Positions 19,455 to 27,619 of a stretch of 33,187 nt of DNA are shown piece after piece. Origin of the DNA: Lachnospiraceae bacterium (GTDB lineage Bacteria; Bacillota; Clostridia; Lachnospirales; Lachnospiraceae); NCBI GenBank assembly GCA_031556525.1, contig JAVBSS010000032.1:1-33187 (forward strand), given 5' to 3'. Under the pieces are notes generated by a model, which was not told the DNA's origin, searched no databases, and saw only the letters and a program-made list of their open reading frames with translations. Made by a program: the position numbers and the translations under genes. The first letter of the stretch is position 1; each line of letters begins with the position of its first letter.

Positions 19455-20996
19455 GTGAAAAAGGAGATAATTATAGTACTAGACTTTGGTGGTCAGTACA
19501 ATCAATTAATAGCGAGAAGAGTAAGAGAATGTAATGTGTATTGTGAGGTTCACCCTCATACTTTAAGTATTGATAAGATAAAGGAAATAAATCCTAAAGG
19601 AATAATACTTACAGGTGGTCCTAATAGCGTATACGATGAAGAATCACCACGTTATGAGAAGGCGTTGTTTGAGCTAGGAATTCCTGTGTTAGGTATATGT
19701 TATGGTTCTCAATTAATGTCATATATGTTAGGTGGTACTGTAGAAACAGCACCAGTAAGCGAATATGGCAAGACAGAAGTAGATGTAGATAATTCTTCGA
19801 AGTTATTTAATGATGTATCTTCTAGCACAATCTGTTGGATGAGTCACACAGATTACATAGCTAAAGCGCCAGAAGGATTTAAGATAGTTGCAACAACTCC
19901 AGTATGTCCAGTTGCTGCAATGGAAAACATAGAAAAGAAATTATATGCAACACAATTCCACCCAGAAGTTATGCATACAGTTGAGGGTATGAAGATGTTC
20001 AACAACTTCGTATATAATGTATGTGAATGTGCAGGCGATTGGGTAATGTCTTCATTTGTTGAGGATACAATCAAATCAGTACGTGAAAAAGTCGGTAATG
20101 GTAAAGTGTTATGTGCATTATCAGGTGGCGTTGATTCATCAGTGGCAGCAGTATTATTATCAAAAGCTATAGGAAAGCAACTTACATGTGTATTTGTAGA
20201 CCATGGTTTACTACGTAAAAATGAAGGCGATGAAGTAGAGGCAGTATTTGGACCAGAAGGTGACTATGACCTAAACTTCATTCGTGTAAATGCACAAGAT
20301 AGATTCTATAATAAATTAAAAGGCTTTGAAGAACCAGAAGCTAAACGTAAAATTATAGGTGAAGAATTCATCAGAGTATTTGAAGAAGAAGCAAAGAAAA
20401 TAGGTGCTGTAGATTATTTAGTACAAGGAACAATCTACCCAGATGTAATAGAATCAGGACTTGGCAAATCAGCAGTAATCAAATCTCACCATAACGTAGG
20501 TGGTCTACCAGACTGTGTAGATTTCAAAGAAATAATTGAACCGCTACGTCTTCTATTCAAAGACGAGGTACGTAAAGCAGGTCTAGAACTAGACATTCCA
20601 GAATATTTAGTATACAGACAGCCATTCCCAGGCCCAGGTCTAGGAGTTAGAATAATAGGTGAAGTAACACCAGAGAAAGTACGCATAGTGCAAGATGCAG
20701 ATTTTATCTACCGTGAAGAAATAGCAAAAGCAGGAATTGATAAAGACCTAGGTCAATACTTTGCAGCTATAACTAATATGCGTTCAGTAGGCGTAATGGG
20801 TGACGAAAGAACATACGACTATGCAATCGCTCTAAGAGCAGTATTAACAAGCGACTTCATGACAGCAGAATCAGCAGAATTACCTTGGGAAGTAATCGGC
20901 AAGGTAACAACAAGAATAGTAAATGAAGTAAAAGGTGTAAACAGAGTATTGTATGACTGTACAGGAAAACCACCTGCTACGATAGAGTTTGAATAG
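19455..20996 (+). CDS. guaA: GMP synthase (glutamine-hydrolysing)
   Basis: A GATase-1 domain (catalytic GICYG, HPE), an ATP-pyrophosphatase P-loop SGGVDSSV, and the conserved C-terminal dimerisation domain ending ...[11 protein letters not shown] start with the RBS TAGGAGG. Confidence 0.95.
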   Translation: MKKEIIIVLDFGGQYNQLIARRVRECNVYCEVHPHTLSIDKIKEINPKGIILTGGPNSVYDEESPRYEKALFELGIPVLGICYGSQLMSYMLGGTVETAPVSEYGKTEVDVDNSSKLFNDVSSSTICWMSHTDYIAKAPEGFKIVATTPVCPVAAMENIEKKLYATQFHPEVMHTVEGMKMFNNFVYNVCECAGDWVMSSFVEDTIKSVREKVGNGKVLCALSGGVDSSVAAVLLSKAIGKQLTCVFVDHGLLRKNEGDEVEAVFGPEGDYDLNFIRVNAQDRFYNKLKGFEEPEAKRKIIGEEFIRVFEEEAKKIGAVDYLVQGTIYPDVIESGLGKSAVIKSHHNVGGLPDCVDFKEIIEPLRLLFKDEVRKAGLELDIPEYLVYRQPFPGPGLGVRIIGEVTPEKVRIVQDADFIYREEIAKAGIDKDLGQYFAAITNMRSVGVMGDERTYDYAIALRAVLTSDFMTAESAELPWEVIGKVTTRIVNEVKGVNRVLYDCTGKPPATIEFE

Positions 20997-21004
20997 TAAC
21001 GATC

Positions 21005-21560
21005 TCCAAGGACAATCCCCATTATCCCCTAAGGGACAAAATGGACTATTCTCGAGATAAAAGCATTGAATGAAATTAAACCTTGAAAATGAGAAGAAAG
21101 AATTCTCGTTTTTGGGGTTTGTTTTATTTAGAGGAGGTTTTGCGAGAAATGCTAGGAAGTCGCAAGAACACTAGGTTTGATGGATGAGAGAATGATTGAA
21201 TACCTTGAAAAAATGATGTTAAATTATTGTTGAAAATAAATAGATTGTATCTTGGGATGGATACTTGAATTTGGTCTTTAGAGGATGATGGAGTTTGTCC
21301 TTTGGAGGCATTTCGAGGATAGTGATGAGTGTCTCGGGATATAGTACTTTTCCAAAAACACGTTTTTGGAAAAATTTTATAGGAACAAGAATGTAGCATT
21401 TTCAAGGGTTTCAAGAGTTTTTAGATTCCCCAAAAATTTTCGGATTTTAGGGAAAAACACGTTTTTGGGAAAAAAGAAGTGTTTTTGGGGAAATGGTATT
21501 CGTTTTTGGGGATTTGCTTTGAATGGGATATTTAACCTTGAATTCTAAGGAAGTAGGTGG
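21005..21560. repeat. Mosaic intergenic repeat region (copy A of a multi-module repeat family)
   Basis: Modules recur at 25640-26040 and 30266-30310. For example, 21102-21121 ATTCTCGTTTTTGGGGTTTG is nearly identical to 30286-30307 and 21497-21516. 21200-21260 is similar to 25955-26030. 21270-21345 is similar to 25800-25880. 21010-21080 is similar to 25660-25730. It also contains the palindromes TTCCAAAAACACGTTTTTGGAA (21350-21371) and AAAAACACGTTTTT (21454-21467). Confidence 0.65.
21461..21512 (+). promoter_or_regulatory. Three direct repeats (C/T)GTTTTTGGGG spaced about 20-21 bp, immediately upstream of a small-gene pair. This is a candidate transcription-factor binding array.
   Basis: CACGTTTTTGGGAAAA, AGTGTTTTTGGGGAAA and TTCGTTTTTGGGGATT start at about 21459, 21479 and 21500. 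The phasing is roughly 2 helical turns, and the array ends about 50 bp before the ATG at 21565. Confidence 0.35.
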
Positions 21561-21564
21561 CTTT

Positions 21565-21918
21565 ATGAGGAAAGCTAATTTTAAAGGAAGGTGTCAAAAG
21601 AGGTCGCTAGAGAAATGCATAGATGTATGTAAGACTTATGATGAGTTGCAATATACATATGCGAATATTCTTGATGAGCAAGAGGATGTTTTAGAGATAA
21701 GATGTAATGTATTGCTAGAGGGATTAGAAGAAGGTGCATATACAAGTGATTTTGTATGTGTTAAAGAAAATAATGATTTAATGGTGAGAGAGTGTGTGAA
21801 TAGAAATCTCCTAACTAAACCAATGACGATAAAATTGCTAGAGGCTTCAAGAGTGTATTGGCTTAGACATGGCGTTGATGATGGGGGGGTAGTAATTAAT
21901 GAAGAAAGGACTATATAG
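21565..21918 (+). CDS. Hypothetical small Cys-rich protein (117 aa)
   Basis: A strong RBS AAGGAAGTAGGTGG precedes the ATG at 21565. The protein has about 9 Cys (CQKRSLEKCIDVC, IRCNV, FVCV, RECVNRN). I see no similarity to families I know. Confidence 0.45.
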   Translation: MRKANFKGRCQKRSLEKCIDVCKTYDELQYTYANILDEQEDVLEIRCNVLLEGLEEGAYTSDFVCVKENNDLMVRECVNRNLLTKPMTIKLLEASRVYWLRHGVDDGGVVINEERTI

Positions 21919-22141
21919 AAAAGGTGAAGAATTAGTTAGGGTATTAAAAGTAGAAGAAGATAAATTATTTATTGTTGATTGTAAGAAGAAAATAATGCCA
22001 TGTTGGATAGATAGAGAAATAGTTGAGGAATATGAAGAGTGTGGTGAAGACGCATTAGAGAGAGATTATGAGAATATGGAATGTTTAGGTGAAGAGTCCA
22101 AAGCTATAGCATATAAAAATTATACATTAATAGTAGACTAA
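21899..22141 (+). CDS. Hypothetical small acidic Cys-containing protein (80 aa), translationally coupled to the upstream ORF
   Basis: The RBS GGGGGGGTAG sits 6 nt upstream of the ATG. The start overlaps the upstream stop. CKKKIMPCW ... EECGEDA ... MECLGEE. Confidence 0.45.
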   Translation: MKKGLYRKGEELVRVLKVEEDKLFIVDCKKKIMPCWIDREIVEEYEECGEDALERDYENMECLGEESKAIAYKNYTLIVD

Positions 22142-22290
22142 CTATTAAAGAAAGTCAATAAAAATGTTTAAAAACAAAAATATTTTTATATAAAGTGGCA
22201 ATGACGTTTCGTTGCAATCAGAACATTGAAAACTGCATGACAAATAGAGCATCCAAACGGTGCTCAAAAAGAAGATATGGGATTGAAAAA

Positions 22291-23466
22291 TTAGACGGCT
22301 TTAATGTATTGCTGGTTAGATTTTTCGAGTTGATAAATAACACGAACAAGTTTTTTTGCTGCATGTGACATAGCTACATTGTAGTGTTTGCCTTCTGCTC
22401 TTTTTTTGGAGAGATACAACGCAAATGTTGGATCCCAATGGCAAACATATTTTGCGGCATTGAATAAAGCATAACGAAGATATCTAGAACCACGTTTTTC
22501 CATCCGGGAATGGGAACTATCTAATTTGCCAGATTGATAGGTTGTGGGCGATAGCCCTGCATAAGCAAGGATTTTATCAGGAGAATCAAATCTTGAAAAA
22601 TCGCCAATTTCAGCAATAATCATAGCCCCCATTCTATAACTGATTCCAGGAATACTTAGAATTGGAGAATTGATACTATCCATAATCATTTTGATCTGAT
22701 CTTCAATTTCTTTGATTTCGGAATCAAGCTCTCGGATAAGTCGGATTGTATGTTTTAATTCAAGTGATTTCGCTGGCATATTTGATCCGATGGAATTTCT
22801 TGCAACGTCTCTAATGGAAAGAGCAACATCTTTGTGATAGTGCCCTTTTGAAGCATCTTCAAGAAGATTAGATAATCTAGTCAGATGAGAAGAAGCTACT
22901 TGTTTTGCACCAGGGTATTCGTAAAGCAAAGTATAGACAGAAACCATATGAAGCGTGGGAACAAGCTTTTCTAATTCAGGAAACAGAATGCACACTAGCC
23001 TTGATACAGAGACTTTAAGGGCAGAACGTTCTTTTACTTTGTCAAAGCGATAGCGAGTTAATGACTTTAATTCTTCGTTGTGATAAGATGTGTCTGAGTA
23101 GGACTTTAAGTTCACATCAGACATTAGCATAGAAGCAATTGTTCGGGCATCTACTTTATCCGTTTTCGTCTGTCTAAGGCTTAGACTTTTTCTGTACAGA
23201 TTTGTATGTAACGGATTGATAACATAGGTGGGCAAACCTTTATCAATGAGATAACCGAGAAGATTGTAACTATAGTGTCCAGTGGCTTCTAGGCCTACTT
23301 TTACTTTAGAGACATCTTCCATTACGGATTTAACCTTTAGATAAAGATTATCAAAGCCTTCTAGATTGTTAGAGATGGTAAAAGCATTATAAAGAACTTC
23401 TCCATCTGAGTTTGTGATAAAGCAATCATGCTTATCCTTAGCAACATCAATTCCTATAAAAATCAT
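22291..23466 (-). CDS. IS110-family transposase/recombinase (DEDD RuvC-like N-domain plus Transposase_20 C-domain)
   Basis: N-terminal MIFIGIDVAKDKHD, and a C-terminal AYAGLSPTTYQSGK motif typical of IS110/IS1111 recombinases. The RBS is AAGGAGGT. Confidence 0.9.
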   Translation of the reverse strand: MIFIGIDVAKDKHDCFITNSDGEVLYNAFTISNNLEGFDNLYLKVKSVMEDVSKVKVGLEATGHYSYNLLGYLIDKGLPTYVINPLHTNLYRKSLSLRQTKTDKVDARTIASMLMSDVNLKSYSDTSYHNEELKSLTRYRFDKVKERSALKVSVSRLVCILFPELEKLVPTLHMVSVYTLLYEYPGAKQVASSHLTRLSNLLEDASKGHYHKDVALSIRDVARNSIGSNMPAKSLELKHTIRLIRELDSEIKEIEDQIKMIMDSINSPILSIPGISYRMGAMIIAEIGDFSRFDSPDKILAYAGLSPTTYQSGKLDSSHSRMEKRGSRYLRYALFNAAKYVCHWDPTFALYLSKKRAEGKHYNVAMSHAAKKLVRVIYQLEKSNQQYIKAV

Positions 23467-23700
23467 ATAGGGACCTCCTTAAAATTATTGTGATACTGTT
23501 TTAAGATCCACAGGGCTCCTTGCAATTGTAACCTACTTCTTGATAAACCGTCATGCGGTAACTAACTGATTAACAAATGAACAAAGAGACTGTGGTTGGA
23601 GCCTCGTTTAAACCATCAAGTGGTAGGAGGAATGAACCAATCCACAGTATCTTAAAATAGCATAGCCGAACCTGTAGAAAAGGTAAAGAATGACTATGAC
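23467..23700 (-). ncRNA. Candidate IS110 non-coding left-end RNA (bridge/seek-RNA-like)
   Basis: The non-coding region 5' of the recombinase gene is dense in crossing complementarities: CCACAG(23508)/CTGTGG(23591), GGCTCC(23514)/GGAGCC(23600), GATACTG(23491)/CAGTATC(23643), TTTTAAGAT(23499)/ATCTTAAAA(23648). IS110-family elements are known to encode a structured guide RNA in this position. Confidence 0.3.
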
Positions 23701-23856
23701 AATATAATAGTAGGGGGTAAAGAATTATCAGATGAATAATAGACCGTTAATGGAGGTAAAAGGGCATTTTGAAATAGAGAAATGTAAAAAATAATAATGC
23801 CAATAGGATGTCTTACTTATATTTTTTGTTTTTTTACGAAACTACCGATTTAATTA

Positions 23857-23885
23857 TTGCAATGTATGTATTTATATGCTACAAT
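23857..23885 (+). promoter_or_regulatory. Strong sigma-A-type promoter: -35 TTGCAA, 17-bp spacer, extended -10 TGcTACAAT
   Basis: TTGCAA at 23857-23862 and TACAAT at 23880-23885, with TG at -15/-14. It reads toward the small-gene cluster that starts at 24146, about 250 nt downstream. Confidence 0.5.
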
Positions 23886-24145
23886 ACTACTACATGATTA
23901 ATTGATTATTGTTGAAGAGAAATACTAGCTATTTTTCAAATGACAAAAATACGGTGAGTGTTGGTTGTACTATAAATACTTGTAATAAAAAATGTAAATG
24001 AGATGATTTATTGTATTATAAATATTATAATGCCAACTAGATAATATTAACTGAAAAGCTTGTTTATATAAAATGTATTAAATTGTAGAAAAACGGTGGG
24101 TTGATATAAAGTATTAAAAAAACAAAAGAAAACGGTGTGGGTAAT

Positions 24146-24452
24146 ATGATTAATTCGATATTTGATTCAAATATGATAAAAAAAAATTGATAATATAGCG
24201 CAAAAACAAGCTAAACTCGATGAAAAAAAGCGTCTTTTAGTTAAAGAGTCTCTGCTGAAATTAGATGCGGAAACTTTAAATGGTGTGTTTAATGTTGTTG
24301 GAGAATACGGGCATCCAAATGAAAAAGAGGTTGTAAAAAATATTAAACAGAAATATGAATCAGGAAAAGGATTAGAATTCGATGATTTAAAGAATATAGA
24401 TGATTTATATAAGTCAAATATAGAAAAGTTTTCGAATAAGAAGGATGATTAG
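24146..24452 (+). pseudogene. About 101-codon ORF interrupted at an A9 homopolymer (24178-24186). It would be restored by a -1 change (A8), so it is either a frameshifted gene or a slippage-dependent gene.
   Basis: ATG(24146) MINSIFDSNMIKKN then TGA at 24188. The +1 frame continues open for about 88 codons (IDNIAQKQAKLDEKKRLL...KFSNKKDD) to a TAG at 24450-24452, which is coupled to the next ORF. Confidence 0.4.
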
Positions 24453-24453
24453 T

Positions 24454-24681
24454 ATGAATAGAACAATATATTTTTTGCGGAAAAGTAAGTTGAGTTATAT
24501 GGAACAAGAATTGATTAATAAATATCAATTGGATTTATGTTTAAAGAAAAAAAATGAAATGATACTAAAAAGTAATGACTTGTTGATATCGTGTAGGAAT
24601 AAGTATATTGCGTTACTTGTATATGAAAGAAGCAATGAACAGAAAGTTGTTGAAATATCAAAATTTCTCGAAAAAGGTTAG
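24454..24681 (+). CDS. Hypothetical small protein (75 aa)
   Basis: The ATG at 24454 lies 9 nt after AAGAAGGA. It overlaps the stop of the upstream reading frame and sits in the same operon-like array. Confidence 0.35.
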   Translation: MNRTIYFLRKSKLSYMEQELINKYQLDLCLKKKNEMILKSNDLLISCRNKYIALLVYERSNEQKVVEISKFLEKG

Positions 24682-24689
24682 GGGGAATT

Positions 24690-25088
24690 ATGAATAAAAA
24701 AACATTTAGTCTGTGCATAGTTATAGGTCTCTTAATCTCTATAAGGAGCATTTTTAATAAAAGCAGCAACATGACATATATAGTTGCGAGTGTTAATATA
24801 ATTGCCTTTTCATTTGTTGTTTATACTATAATAGAAAAAATAGTGTTTAAAATAATAGGTAAAATTAGAGAGAGCAATGTTCCTATAAAGATTATAAATA
24901 GAGAAATTAGAAAAATAAGGACAAAGGTATGGGGATTAGGGGGGATTGTTGTTGTTGGATTAATAGTTATATATTTGATTTGTTATTGTTCAAATTTAGG
25001 AAATGATATTATATCTATCTTGGCGTTAGGTTTTTCTGTCTTAGATGATGATATTATTGATTTGATATCAGAAAACTATAGAATATGA
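24690..25088 (+). CDS. Small membrane protein, 3 predicted TM helices (132 aa)
   Basis: The RBS AGGGGGAA precedes the ATG. Hydrophobic helices are LCIVIGLLISI, IVASVNIIAFSFVVYTII and LGGIVVVGLIVIYLICYC. Confidence 0.5.
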   Translation: MNKKTFSLCIVIGLLISIRSIFNKSSNMTYIVASVNIIAFSFVVYTIIEKIVFKIIGKIRESNVPIKIINREIRKIRTKVWGLGGIVVVGLIVIYLICYCSNLGNDIISILALGFSVLDDDIIDLISENYRI

Positions 25089-25098
25089 GGTGTATACA

Positions 25099-25581
25099 AT
25101 GGATAAAGTTGTACAAGAGATAAAAAAGGTTTTTGATAAGGAAGAATGGAAATATAAATATGAAGAAGAAGAAAATATTTTTGTTTCAGGAGTAAATATG
25201 TTAAGTGCAATAGGAAATGTGGATATACTTATTTCAGTAGATGATGATTTCTATATAGTATATACAGTGATAAATAGTAAGGTGGAAAAAACATGTGTGA
25301 ATGCTGTATCAGAATTTATAAATAGAGCTAATTCTGGATTAAAGAATGGGAATTTTGAAATGGATTATAGTGATGGGGAAATAAGATATAAAGTTTTTTC
25401 TTATATGAATGATGAAAGCGTTTCGGAGGAAGTAGTTACCAATAGTATGATTTTAGGGGTTTTAATGATAAAAAAATATGGCGAGGGTTTGCTTAAAATA
25501 ATGTTAGGAATGAAAGAACCAGAAGAGACAATTAGGGAAATTGAAGACCAAGAAACAATGAATTTTCTTGTGGGGGAATAG
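25099..25581 (+). CDS. YbjN-like domain protein (putative sensory-transduction regulator / T3SS-chaperone-like fold)
   Basis: The pattern EIKKVFDKEEWKYKYEEEENIFVSGVNM...VDILISVDDDFYIVYTVI...FINRANSGLKNGNFEMDYSDGEIRYKVF matches the YbjN family layout. The RBS ATGAGGTG sits 6 nt before the ATG at 25099. The track start is a GTG at 25090. Confidence 0.5.
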   Translation: MDKVVQEIKKVFDKEEWKYKYEEEENIFVSGVNMLSAIGNVDILISVDDDFYIVYTVINSKVEKTCVNAVSEFINRANSGLKNGNFEMDYSDGEIRYKVFSYMNDESVSEEVVTNSMILGVLMIKKYGEGLLKIMLGMKEPEETIREIEDQETMNFLVGE

Positions 25582-25639
25582 TTGTAATATTTTGATGATA
25601 AAGAGTCAGTTGAAAAACGGGAATAGTGTATTCTAGAGT

Positions 25640-26040
25640 GTTTTCGAGGTCATCCATTCTATCCTCAAAAAGGGCAAAGATGATTATGCTAGAGATAAAA
25701 TAGAGAAATGCATGGGAATGCTATTGTTTAAGAATATTTAACTTGAATAACTTTGATAAAATTGTTATGTAATTATTATAAAGATGTATTTGGGGACATA
25801 AGCTTGAAAAGGTTTTTAGAGGATAATTTTTGAATTGTCCTTTTGAGTAATCTTGAAGATAGTAAGGAGAGTCCTTGGATACTACATTGCTAAAGACAAT
25901 TCCTGCTATCATAAAATGACAAAGTGAACTATCCTAAAGATAAGATAAAGAAACGACATAAAATCTTGAAAAATGCTATGAAATTAATGCTGAAAATAAA
26001 TGGATCGTATTGAAGGGTATAACTTTCAACATGTTTGCAG
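25640..26040. repeat. Mosaic intergenic repeat (copy B' of the family seen at 21005-21560), abutting the IS256 left end
   Basis: 25800-25880 GGTTTTTAGAGGATAAT...TTGTCCTTTTGAG...GAAGATAGTAAGGAGAGTCCTTGGATAC aligns with 21270-21345. 25955-26030 AATCTTGAAAAATGCTATGAAATTAATGCTGAAAATAAATGGATCGTATTGAAGGG aligns with 21200-21258. Confidence 0.6.
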
Positions 26041-26073
26041 AAAATTTCAAAGTAAAAATGCATAATTGTTCAA

Positions 26074-27542
26074 CGAGTCTGTAATAAATTTTGTGTAAAC
26101 TAAAGATGATATCCTCTTGGATTAATGTTAAAATAAATATTAATCTAGGAGGATTTTTCTATGGCAAGACAAAGAAAATTATCACCAGAACGCAAAGCGT
26201 TTATCAATGGTCTATTGGAGCATTATAATCCAGAGACAACACAAGATGTCCAAGAGATGTTAAAAGATTTACTTGGAGATACTCTACAGGGAATGTTAGA
26301 GACAGAATTAGAAACTGAATTAGGCTATTCAAAGTATGACTATTCAAGAAAAGAAACAGATAATAGTAGAAATGGGTATAGTAAAAAAACTGTTACATCA
26401 TCAATGGGGACGATTCCTTTAGACATTCCAAGAGATAGAAAAGGTGAATTTGAACCTATGGTTATTCAAAAGAATCAAACAGATATATCTAATATCGAAG
26501 ATCAAGTTCTATCTATGTATGCAAAAGGTATGACAACAAGAGACATATCAGAGCATTTAAGGACTGTATATGGTGTAGATGCATCAGCAGAAATGATTTC
26601 GAGAATGACAGATCGCATTCTTCCTAAAGCAAAAGAATGGCAAAACAGACCACTATCTAGTAAATATGCAATAGTATTTATGGATGCTATACATTACAAC
26701 GTAAGACAGGATAACGCTATTGTTAAAAAGGCAGTATATATATCTATAGGAGTTCGTTTAGATGGAACAAAAGAAGTTATGGGTATGTGGATAGGCGGAA
26801 ATGAAAGCGCAAAATACTGGCTAGGTGTACTAAATGAGATAAAAAATAGAGGTGTACAAGATATTTTAATTGTATCAGTAGATGGATTAACTGGATTTGC
26901 AGATGCAATTCACGCAGTATATCCAAATACAGAAATACAGCGTTGTATAGTTCATCAAATACGATATTCTACAAAGTTTATATCATATAAGGATATAAGA
27001 GACTATATGAAAGATTTAAGATTAGTATATCAGGCAAGTACAGAGCAAATAGCATTACAACAATTAGATGCATTAGAAGATAAATGGGGCAATAAGTATT
27101 CTAGTTCGATAGCATCATGGCGAAATAACTGGAGTGATTTATCTACATATTTCAAGTACCCACCCGAATTACGAAAAATGATATACACAACAAATGCAAT
27201 CGAAAACTTCAACAGACAATTGAGAAAAGTGACCAAGGCTAAATCAATATTTCCTACAGATGATTCTTTATTTAAATCATTATATTTAGCTATGAACGAT
27301 ATAACTGAAAAATGGAAGGGACATCCACGAGAATGGCCTAAAATAATGGAACAATTATTTATATACTTTGCAGATAGAGTATCTATCGAAGACCTATATT
27401 AGATATATCATACCAAAGAAGCTGCCAAATAAATTTGACAGCTCCATAAGTATGTGCAAAAATAATGACACATATAAATCTTTAATTTAATTTTTAAATT
27501 GTACGATATTTTTCGTTAATCCAAGAGGTTTACACAAAATAC
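26074..27542 (+). mobile_element. IS256-family insertion sequence (about 1.47 kb) with about 26-50 bp imperfect terminal inverted repeats
   Basis: IRL is GAGTCTGTAATAAATTTTGTGTAAAC(...12 bp...)CCTCTTGGATTAA. The reverse complement of IRR is GAGTGTAACGTATTTTGTGTAAACCTCTTGGATTAACG. The TTGTGTAAA core matches the IS256 IR signature. No clear 8-bp target duplication was found. Confidence 0.55.
26161..27402 (+). CDS. IS256-family (mutator-type) DDE transposase
   Basis: 413 aa. The N-terminus is MARQRKLSPERKAFINGLLEHY. The DDE region is conserved (FMDAIHYNVR, ISIGVRLDGTKEV, LIVSVDGLTGF, YTTNAIENFNRQLRK). The RBS is AGGAGGA. Confidence 0.9.
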   Translation: MARQRKLSPERKAFINGLLEHYNPETTQDVQEMLKDLLGDTLQGMLETELETELGYSKYDYSRKETDNSRNGYSKKTVTSSMGTIPLDIPRDRKGEFEPMVIQKNQTDISNIEDQVLSMYAKGMTTRDISEHLRTVYGVDASAEMISRMTDRILPKAKEWQNRPLSSKYAIVFMDAIHYNVRQDNAIVKKAVYISIGVRLDGTKEVMGMWIGGNESAKYWLGVLNEIKNRGVQDILIVSVDGLTGFADAIHAVYPNTEIQRCIVHQIRYSTKFISYKDIRDYMKDLRLVYQASTEQIALQQLDALEDKWGNKYSSSIASWRNNWSDLSTYFKYPPELRKMIYTTNAIENFNRQLRKVTKAKSIFPTDDSLFKSLYLAMNDITEKWKGHPREWPKIMEQLFIYFADRVSIEDLY

Positions 27543-27619
27543 GTTACACTCGCTACATGCAATTTAACAAGGAATTTCTGATTGCAAAAAATGATACTAT
27601 TTGCAATCAGAAATATTTA

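Larger units (their letters stand above)
22150..23700 (-). mobile_element. IS110-family insertion sequence (boundaries approximate)
   Basis: A single DEDD-type transposase ORF lies between an about 140-bp non-coding right end and an about 230-bp structured non-coding left end. No terminal inverted repeats are present, as expected for IS110. Confidence 0.55.

Noticed and set aside
21005-21560. An attL/attR pair or integrase-type island boundaries from the flanking repeat copies
   Set aside because: No integrase or recombinase other than the IS transposases is present, and the repeat copies are mosaic and rearranged rather than a clean direct-repeat pair. I treat them as a dispersed repeat family instead.
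26066-27550. An 8-bp target-site duplication for the IS256 element
   Set aside because: The flanking octamers TGTTCAAC and GCTACATG do not match, so no TSD is claimed.
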